Source of the DNA: an uncultured Gammaproteobacteria bacterium
GTDB taxonomy: Bacteria; Pseudomonadota; Gammaproteobacteria; UBA9214
Reading direction: 5' to 3'
Length of the DNA: 64,000 bases
Assembly: GCA_963773065.1 (NCBI GenBank)
Contig: CAVYZN010000011.1
Span: forward strand, 288,001-352,000
Shown here one piece after another: positions 56,264-64,000 of the stretch (its first letter is position 1; the number at the start of each line of letters is the position of its first letter). A program made the position numbers and the translations under genes. The notes beneath the pieces were generated by a model that did not search any database, was not told where the DNA came from, and saw only the letters and a program-made list of their open reading frames with translations.

Positions 56264-57210
56264 AAACGACGTTCAGCGCTGGCCACCGCGGCTTCAAGCA
56301 AACCGGTGATCTCCGCCCGCGGTCTCACGAAACGGTTCGCTGAGCAACGGGCCGTCGACGGCATCTCGTTTGATATCTATCCGGGCCGGTGTTTCGGTTT
56401 TGTCGGGCCTAACGGGGCGGGCAAGACCACGACGCTGCGCATGACGATGGGACTCACACCGCCAAGCGGCGGGACGCTCTCGGTGTTCGGCCTGCCGGTC
56501 GCCCGCAACGCCCCGGCGATACGCGCCCGCGTGGGCATCGTTCCACGGCTGATAATCTCGATCCCGACTTCACGGTCGAGGAGAATCTGGACATCTATGC
56601 GACCTACTTCGGCCTGGCGCGCGGGCAGGTCGCCGCGCGCATCGAAGGCTTGCTGGAATTCGTCTCGCTGACCGACCGGCGCACGGCAAAGACCGATACC
56701 CTCTCCGGCGGCATGCGGCGGCGCCTGACCATCGCGCGCGCCCTGATCAATGACCCGGAGCTCGCGGCGCTGGACGAACCGACCACCGGACTGGACCCGC
56801 AGGCGCGCCACTTGATCTGGGGCCGATTGAGCGAACTCAAGGCGCGCGGCAAGACCCTGCTGCTGACCACGCACTACATGGAGGAGGCCGAGCGCCTGTG
56901 CGATGAACTGGTCATCATGGATCAGGGCCGCATCCTCGCACAGGGTTCGCCGCAACAGCTCATCGAGCGGCACGTGGAGAGGGAAGTCATCGAGGTGCGG
57001 GGTGAGAGAGGGCGATGTGTTCCTGCAACTGGCCGAAAAGTCCGGGTGCCGCATGGAACGCATGGGGCTCCAGCATTTACTGCTACTCGCAACAGTTCGC
57101 GCCGCTGATCGAGACGCTCAAGCTCCGCCATGATCTCAAGTACGTCCATCGCCCGACGGGCCTGGAAGACGGTTTCTGCGGCTGACGGGACGGGAGCTGC
57201 GCGACTATGA
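56260..57210 (+). CDS. nodI: NodI-like ABC exporter ATP-binding protein
   Basis: [44 protein letters not shown]. Confidence 0.8.
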
Positions 57211-57982
57211 GTTATTGGCGACCACCCCGCTGCGTCCTCGGCGCGCTCGCCGGTGCGGCACAACATCCTCGTATGGCGCAAGCTGCTGGTGCCGGCCATC
57301 CTGATGAATTTCGGCGAGCCGCTGATCTACCTGCTGGGACTGGGATTCGGCCTGGGGCGTTCGTCGGCGAGATGTCCGGCATGTCCTACCTCGCCTTCCT
57401 GTCATCCGGCATCATCGCCTCGTCGGCCATGACCACCGCCAGCTTCGAAGGGATGTATTCGGTGTTTACCCGCATGGTGCCGCAAAAAACCTATGAAGCC
57501 ATCCTCGCGACACCGCTCGAAATCGACGATATCCTCGCCGGTGAAATGCTCTGGTGTGCCACCAAGAGCCTGTTCAGCGGCATGGCCATCCTCGCCGTCG
57601 CCGCGGTGCTGGGTGTCGTCGAAAGCTGGCAGGCGTTGTGGGTGATCCCGGTCGTGTTCCTGATCGGGCTGTGTTTCGCGGGTCTCGCCCTGATCATGAG
57701 TTCACTCGCCTACAACTACGACTTTTTCAATTACTACTTCGTGCTGATCGTTACGCCGATGTACATCCTGTGCGGCGTGTTCTATCCCATAGAGTCCCTG
57801 CCCGCCGCCATGCAGGGCCCGTTCAGGTGCTGCCGCTGACCCATGCCGTGATGCTGACCCGCTCCCTGGTCGCCGGCGCGGAACTGACCCAGCCACTGTT
57901 GCACATTGCGGTGCTCCTGCTCTACGCGATCGTAAGCTACTCGATCGCCGTCGTGCTGGTGAGGAAGAGACTGCAGGTGTAG
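57207..57982 (+). CDS. nodJ: NodJ-like ABC-2 permease
   Basis: NFGEPLIYLLGLG, ASFEGMYS, GVFYPI, LPLTHAV. Confidence 0.8.
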
Positions 57983-58356
57983 GTGTCGATTCATACGCTC
58001 GGACCCGGTAGAGGCGTCAACCAGGATGTAGCCAGACCATATAGGGGTTGAGCGGGAGCGACAACATCGCCGGGAGCGATGTTGGACAGCCGCAGGCTGG
58101 CCCGTAGGGCGGAGTCTATGGATGGGCTCCACAAACCCGGGTTTCACTGCGTTCAACCCAGGCTACCCCCTGCCGCTGTCCAGGGAGGAATACGGGCTAT
58201 CAAGGCTGTTGTTTCACCTCACCGCGCTGATTTCGACTATTTTCAGCCGCTGGCGCCTGTTTCCCGTCGCTGCCCCCTGTTCATTCCCATGAAAGTACTC
58301 TAGAATAGCGGCACAACAGGCTGAGTCAGAAAGCTATTTCGTAAGGGAGGCGGGGT

Positions 58357-59790
58357 ATGTATAGAACCATAACCGGACCGGTCTTTTGTGTGCTTGCCGT
58401 CCTCTTGTGTTTGTCGAGCCTACCGTCGGCGACGCTAGCCGCGGGTCTCTACGATGTTTCCTATGTCTGGTCCCGCGATATCGACGGCGTCCGGGATTAC
58501 CGCAAGCGGGTAGCCGGGGTGCTGGGGAAGGCGGTGGCGAAGGATCTTAAGGTGGTTTCCAACGGCAAGCTGTTCGGTCTTGTCTACGCGCGGCGCGGCG
58601 ACAGCGCCGGGGCGACCCGGGTGGCGCAGAGCCATACCAAGCTGTTGCGAGCCCGGGGTCTTCAGGCGGCCAGCCCGGTACGTTCCGAGAACTGGACACT
58701 CGTTGGCGACACCGGGGCACGGCAAGCCGCTGTCGCATCGCCCGGCGGGTCGAGTTCACCCAAGAGCAGGAAGACCGCACCCGCCGCCGCATCGCCCGAG
58801 GTGGCGGGTACCCCCAAGAGCAAGATGATCACGCCTGCCGTCGCATCGCCCGGCGTGACGAGTTCACCCAAGCGCAAGGCGACCATACCCGCCGCATCGC
58901 CCGGCGTGCCGAGCGCACCCAAGAACAACATGAGTGCATCCGCCGTCGCCTCGTCCGATGTGCCGAGTGCACGCATAAGCGAGATGACGACCACCGAACG
59001 CAGCCGGGAGATCCACAATCTCAAGGCGGCGGTTATGGACTACCTCAATCGCCTGCGCCAGGAAGGCAAGCTCGCACCCGACGAGCGCACCGGCTGGTCG
59101 GTGTATGATTTCACCACTGGCGAGAAGCTCGTCACGATCAACGAGGATGAGCAGTTCCAGACGGCCAGCCTCGTCAAACCCTTTATCGCGGCGGCTTTCT
59201 TTCACAAGGTCGAGCGGGGTGAACTCACCTACAACAAGGAAAGCCGCCGGCACCTGCAGCGGATGATCCAGCACTCGAACAATGCCTCCACAAACTGGGT
59301 GATGCGGCGGGTAGGCGGACCGCAGGCGGTCGAACGGATCCTGAATCAGCAGTATCCCGAGATATTCCAGGAGGTCCAGCTCGTCGAGTACATACCGGCC
59401 GGTGGAAAGACCTATCGCAACAAGGCATCGGTGCACGACTACAGCCGCTTCCTGTATGCGCTCTGGAAGGAGGAGATCGCCGGCGCACCCGAGATTAAAC
59501 GCCTGATGGCGCTGCCGGGACACGACCGGATCTACACGGGCGTGCGGGGCGTGCCGAAAGACACCAAGGTCTACAACAAGACCGGCAGCACCGCGCGTCT
59601 CTGCGGTGACATGGGCATCCTGAACGTCAAGGGCGCGGACGGCAGGTGGTATCCCTATACGCTGGTCGGCATCATCGAGAAAGGCAAGAGCGCCCCTGAT
59701 TACACGAGCTGGATCCGTTCGCGCGGCGACATCATCCGCAATATCTCCAGCATCGTTTACAAGGGTATCGCGCAGCAGAACGATATCTAG
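58357..59790 (+). CDS. Serine hydrolase, class A beta-lactamase-like fold, with Ser/Pro/Ala repeat linker
   Basis: Signal peptide; SLVK, SNN, KTG motifs. Confidence 0.85.
   Translation: MYRTITGPVFCVLAVLLCLSSLPSATLAAGLYDVSYVWSRDIDGVRDYRKRVAGVLGKAVAKDLKVVSNGKLFGLVYARRGDSAGATRVAQSHTKLLRARGLQAASPVRSENWTLVGDTGARQAAVASPGGSSSPKSRKTAPAAASPEVAGTPKSKMITPAVASPGVTSSPKRKATIPAASPGVPSAPKNNMSASAVASSDVPSARISEMTTTERSREIHNLKAAVMDYLNRLRQEGKLAPDERTGWSVYDFTTGEKLVTINEDEQFQTASLVKPFIAAAFFHKVERGELTYNKESRRHLQRMIQHSNNASTNWVMRRVGGPQAVERILNQQYPEIFQEVQLVEYIPAGGKTYRNKASVHDYSRFLYALWKEEIAGAPEIKRLMALPGHDRIYTGVRGVPKDTKVYNKTGSTARLCGDMGILNVKGADGRWYPYTLVGIIEKGKSAPDYTSWIRSRGDIIRNISSIVYKGIAQQNDI
58726..58972 (+). repeat. Coding tandem repeat, ~54-57 nt x 4-5
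   Basis: GCATCGCCCGGC...CACCCAAG units encoding AVASPGxxSSPK. Confidence 0.75.
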
Positions 59791-59921
59791 GAAAGCTCTG
59801 ATCAAGTCTCCCGTTCGCCCTGAGCTTGTCGAAGGGTGAACGGGAAATGCCATAAATGTCAGGCGATTTGTCCGTTCATGGTTCGACAGGCTCACCACGA
59901 ACGGACTTAATCAGAGCTTCC
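59791..59921. mobile_element. MITE with IS5-like ends (second copy)
   Basis: CTAG duplicated at 59787-59790 and 59922-59925; inserted at the serine hydrolase stop codon. Confidence 0.8.
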
Positions 59922-60074
59922 CTAGAAGAAAAATGTGCCGGCTATTCCTGGATTCCGGCTCGCACTCGCTACGCTCGTTTGGTCGAAGTGACGGTGAACA
60001 AATGTCATCCCTTTATGTAAGTGTCCGTATCACCTGCGGTTGACTCCTCGCGCCGAAGCCTCCACCCTCTGACC

Positions 60075-60828
60075 ATGGCATGCACCCTACGGAAAGGCTT
60101 TCTCGCCGTGCTGCTGGCGGCCTTGGCGGTGATCGGGCATTCCCTTCAGGCAGCCACCTTCCCCGACAAGCCGCCCAAGGAGCACTTCTTCGTCGATGAG
60201 GCCAAGCTCCTCGACGAACAGGCGCGCAAGGCGATCGATGCCACCGCACTGGCGCTGCTGAAGGATGAGCGGATCCCGCTCTTCGTCGTGACCATCCCGT
60301 CCCTTTCCGCCTACGAGGCGAGCGGCCTGGGCATCGAGGCGTATGCCAAGGCGCTGTTCGATGCCTGGGGCATCGGATCGGCGGATCGGAACTACGGCAT
60401 GCTGCTGCTGGTCTCGGCGGGAGACCGCAAGGCACGCATCGAGCTGGGCGCGGGCTTCGAACACCGCTATGACGCCCAGGCCGACGACATCATGCAGTCG
60501 CTGATCGTCCCGGCCTTCAGGCGGGGCGAATACTCCACCGGGATCGGCGACGGCGTGCGCGGTTTGGACGCCATGGCGCAGGGGGCTGCAACTTCCCAGG
60601 CCGACGGCGCCCTGGTGGTTCTGGCCGGTGCTGATCGGTGGCGCCATCTTCCTTGGCGCCCTGATCTACAACCTGTTCAAGAGTGGCAAGTCCGGGTGGG
60701 CCTGGGCATTGATCGCCGCCTTGGCGGTGCTCATCTTCTTCCTGCTGCGCGCGGCCGCTGCCGGCGGATCCGGCGGGGGCTTCGGCGGCGGATCCTCGGG
60801 CGGCGGCGGAGCGACCGGCTCGTGGTAG
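60075..60828 (+). CDS. TPM-domain (YgcG-like) protein
   Basis: LFDAWGIG, LLLVSAGDRKARIELGAG, GGGSSGGGGATGSW. Confidence 0.88.
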
Positions 60829-60838
60829 GTACCCGAGG

Positions 60839-61514
60839 ATGAAGACGGCGAGCGCACTGTTCAACGAGCGGGAGCGGCAGCTTATCGCGGCCGCCGTGGC
60901 CGCGGCGGAGCAGGGCACCGCGGGCGAGATCGTGCCGGTGGTGGCCACGGTCTCGGGACGCTACGACCGGGCCGAGGACCTCTTCGGGCTGCTGCTGGGC
61001 CTGGTGGCGCTGGCCGTGATCTGGGTCCTGTTCCAGGACACCACCGAGATGGCATGGGCCGCCGGAGCGTCGCCGACGCTGGGACTCGCCGCGGTGATCG
61101 CCATCGTCGTTACCGGCTTCGTGGCCGGCGCCGCGCTCGCGACCCGCTTTCCCGTGCTGCGCCTGCCCTTCATCCCGCCGCGCGAGATGCGCCTGGAGGT
61201 GGAACGGCGTGCCCTGGAAACCTTTCAGCGCCACCGTGTCCGCACCACGGCGGGCGGCACCGGCGTGTTGATCTACGTGTCCCTCTACGAGCGCCTGGTG
61301 CGGGTGGTGGGCGACGAGGCGGTGGCGCAGAAGATCTCCCAGGTGGACTGGGAGGCGATCTGCGCGCCTGGTGGTCGAGGGCATGAAGACGGGCCGCGCG
61401 GCCGAGGGGCTGGCGCAGGCGATTCGCCAGAGCGGCGAGCTGCTCGCCCGCCACTTTCCCATCCGCCCCGGCGACCGCAACGAACTCATCAACGAGTTGA
61501 TACTCATCGACTGA
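60839..61514 (+). CDS. TPM-domain membrane partner protein
   Basis: AEQGTAGEIV, TGVLIYVSLYER, DRNELINEL. Confidence 0.85.
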
Positions 61515-61551
61515 GAGCTTGTGAAGAAATCTACTGCGCACCCCGATCGCG

Positions 61552-62317
61552 GAGCGCGCGCCGGAAGGCCGCATTATCGCCTTCGCGGAAAAGCCAAAAG
61601 ACCCCGCGGTGCAGGCCCAGATGGTCAGCCGTGACGATCCCGAACGGCCGTTCCTCGGCTCGATGGGAATCTATGTCTTCAAGATGCAGGTGTTGATCGA
61701 TCTGCTCACCGAGCATCCCGACTTCGACGACTTTGGCAGCGATGTGATCCCCTACGCCATCGGCACCAGGCCCGTGTACGGATTTGACTTTGACGGCTAC
61801 TGGCGGGATATCGGGACCATCCGTTCGTTCTATGACACCAACCTCGAGCTGACCAAGGCGGACGCGCCATTCAACTTCTACGACGCGCACCGCCCGATTT
61901 ATACGCACGCCCGCTTTCTGCCCGGCTCGATCGTGGAAGAGAGCAAACTCAAGGATGTGTTCCTCACCGAAGGCTGCGTCATCAAGGGCGCGCAGATTAC
62001 GCCACTCCGTCATCGGCCTGCGCAGCAGATCGGCGCCGGGAACCGTCATCAGCGACAGCATCGTGATGGGCGCGGATTACTACGAACGCCGCTCGCGGGA
62101 TGGAAGGCTCGGGATCGGCGAACGCTGCCACATCGAGGGCGCGATCCTCGACAAAAACGTGCACATCGGCGATGGTGCCATCATCCGGCCTTTCCCGCGC
62201 GGCACCGAGATGGACGCGGGCACCTGGGTCGTTCAGGATGGCATCGTCGTCATTCCCAAGGACACCATCGTCCCGGCCGGCACGCGCATCGCGCCTGACA
62301 ATGGGATGACCCCTTGA
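61552..62317 (+). pseudogene. glgC: Glucose-1-phosphate adenylyltransferase, C-terminal part only
   Basis: FAEKP, SMGIYVF, DFGSDVIP, YWRDIGT, MGADYYE, DGIVVIPK; N-terminal GGxGxRL region absent. Confidence 0.8.
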
Positions 62318-62333
62318 TCAACCGGCGTCAGAC

Positions 62334-62639
62334 TCAGTTGGTAAAGCGATCGAGGGATTCGAGCAGGCGCTTGCCATGGATCACGGCAAGGATGTGGATT
62401 TCATCCTCAGTCAACTTGTAGACGAGGCGGTAGGTGTAGAGGAATCGCTCGCGCACGTTGGGGTCGGCGAGTTCCGGCACGATGCGTCCGAGCTCAGCGT
62501 GCACGGGCAGTTCATCGGCAAGGTCGAACGGACGTTCGACGACGCGTTGGGCGTGATAGGGTGAATCCCGGCCGATGTATTCGGCGATGCGATCGATATC
62601 ATCGAGCGCCTCATTCGACCAGATCAGGGCTTGAGCCAT
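62334..62639 (-). CDS. RelE/ParE-family toxin
   Basis: WSNEALDDI, GRIVPE, YRLVY, AVIHG. Confidence 0.9.
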   Translation of the reverse strand: MAQALIWSNEALDDIDRIAEYIGRDSPYHAQRVVERPFDLADELPVHAELGRIVPELADPNVRERFLYTYRLVYKLTEDEIHILAVIHGKRLLESLDRFTN

Positions 62640-62812
62640 TTGCTCAGGCGTTCTTTGGCCTGCTCGTGGGTGAGGCGTCTGCCGTCGCGGATGTCATCGC
62701 GCCCACGGCGGATCTTCTCAAGGACGTAGAGGTGATACTGGATATCCTCGATCGTGCTGTCATCCGGGAGATGATCTAATAGCTCTCGGACGTCTCGCTT
62801 CACGGTGGGCAT
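62624..62812 (-). CDS. Cognate antitoxin
   Basis: LPDDSTIEDIQYHLYVLEKI; overlaps the toxin start. Confidence 0.85.
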   Translation of the reverse strand: MPTVKRDVRELLDHLPDDSTIEDIQYHLYVLEKIRRGRDDIRDGRRLTHEQAKERLSKWLKP

Positions 62813-62888
62813 TGGTCACCCTCTCTATGCGGTGGATTTGCTCTCAAGCATATCACGGTGTCGATGCATTTTTTGTCCCATCTAATTT

Positions 62889-62957
62889 GGGGTCAGAGTA
62901 AAAACTCTTGTGACATTCTCCCAATCTGAGAAAGTGCGAGAGTTTTTACTCTGACCC
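62889..62957. repeat. REP-like palindrome
   Basis: GGGGTCAGAGTAAAAACTC / GAGTTTTTACTCTGACCCC perfect 19-bp arms. Confidence 0.85.
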
Positions 62958-62967
62958 CCCAATATTT

Positions 62968-63257
62968 ATCGGCCTGCGCAGCATCATCGGCGCTGGAACC
63001 GTCATCAAAGACAGCATCGTGATGGGTGCGGATTACTATGAACGCCGCTCGCGGGATGTAAGGCTTGGGATCGGCGAGGGCTGTCACATTGAGGGCGCGA
63101 TCATCGACAAGAACGTGCGGATCGGCGATGGGACCATCATCCGGCCTTTCCCGCGTGCCACCGAGATGGACGCGGGCACCTGGGTCGTTCAGGATGGAAT
63201 CGTCGTCATCCCCAAGGACACCATCGTCCCGGCCGGCACGCGCATCGCACCGGAATA
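62968..63257 (+). pseudogene. glgC: Second, diverged copy of the glgC 3' end
   Basis: Close but non-identical repeat of ~62012-62297. Confidence 0.85.
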
Positions 63258-63673
63258 ACCGCCGGCGATGGGGCAGACTCGATTGATCATAGTCGAAATC
63301 AATCAAGTCGAGATGGCGGGAGCAATCGAGTTTGACCCCATTGACTTACCACGACCCATTGGACATGAATACGAGTCACCGCGGTCCAAACGGGACATCC
63401 CTTCTCCCTCCGGGAGAAGGCCAGGATGAGGGGGTATAAAATCAAGCTGCTATCTTATTGTGGACATCGTGGGAAAATAGCGTTTATTCTCCATCATTAC
63501 ATCACCCGGCCGACGGTCTCAAGAAAGAGGAACCAAAGCCGCGTAATACCCGGTTGCGGTAGCCCAGATCCAGCCGCTTGGGGCTACGGAGAAGCGCCAG
63601 GTACTTCAATTCATCGACACGATGATCGAGCGGGGCAGTTGAAGAAGAAGGCCACCACCGAATAGCGGCTCGC

Positions 63674-63985
63674 GTGAACACAGAGATCGTCTATGATTTT
63701 GAATGGGATGCGGCCAAGGCGCTCGCCAACGCGGCCAAGCATGGGGTCACATTCGACCAGGCGGCAACGGTGTTTCGAGACGCGCTGGCGCTCACGGTCT
63801 TTGACTCGGCCCACAGCCAATCCGAGGAACGCTGGTTTACGCTCGGGCACGATGCGAGCGGCGCGCTCTTGGCGGTGGCGCATACGTATCAAACAACGGA
63901 TCCCAATCGCGTGCGGGTGCGCATTATCTCGGCGCGCGAAGCGACCAACCGTGAACGACGTTTTTATGAGGACGAACCTCGATAG
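63674..63985 (+). CDS. brnT: BrnT-family toxin; probable BrnA starts at 63994 and leaves the window
   Basis: FEWDAAKALANAAKHGVTF, HSQSEERWFTLG, RIISAREA. Confidence 0.88.
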   Translation: MNTEIVYDFEWDAAKALANAAKHGVTFDQAATVFRDALALTVFDSAHSQSEERWFTLGHDASGALLAVAHTYQTTDPNRVRVRIISAREATNRERRFYEDEPR

Positions 63986-64000
63986 GTGACACCATGAATG

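Noticed and set aside
56260-57982. nodIJ as evidence of nodulation
   Set aside because: NodI/NodJ-like exporters are widespread in non-rhizobia, and no nodABC genes are present.
58726-58972. Regularly spaced repeats resembling a CRISPR array
   Set aside because: Units are in-frame, degenerate, lack unique spacers, and no cas genes are present.
63540-63665. Possible HTH regulator C-terminal remnant (EKRQVLQFIDTMIER)
   Set aside because: Too short and lacking a start or HTH to call.

Overview
GC-rich bacterial chromosome segment; gene content suggests a gammaproteobacterium (inference). Single-base indels are pervasive, often in homopolymers, so the assembly looks like uncorrected long reads and most frameshifts cannot be taken as real pseudogenisation. 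Housekeeping or accessory flanks (1-20.3 kb, 39-42.6 kb, 49.6-64 kb) surround a Type I restriction-modification operon (hsdR-hsdS-hsdM, 20.5-37.9 kb) loaded with cargo. The main result is a lower-GC two-gene cassette between hsdS and hsdM: a SAM-methyltransferase-fold gene tightly coupled to an ~580 aa reverse transcriptase (YVDD, long C-terminal domain, no room for an ncRNA). The RT is not visible as one ORF because an ISL3 (8-bp target duplication) and an IS3 split it; removing both restores the frame. A 57-bp fragment with the codon pattern of a DGR variable repeat sits at the IS3 edge. Other points: cargo cassettes bracketed by repeated partial copies of hsdM, ORF6N and glgC; a Clp1-kinase/RNase Z fusion beside a MazG-like gene; a DEDD-RecQ-UvrD fusion; palindromic elements inserted in-frame into uvrA and hsd genes; two MITE families made of IS ends around REP-like hairpins; several toxin-antitoxin pairs. 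No CRISPR array, rRNA or intact tRNA was seen. All family assignments come from motif recognition, not database searches.
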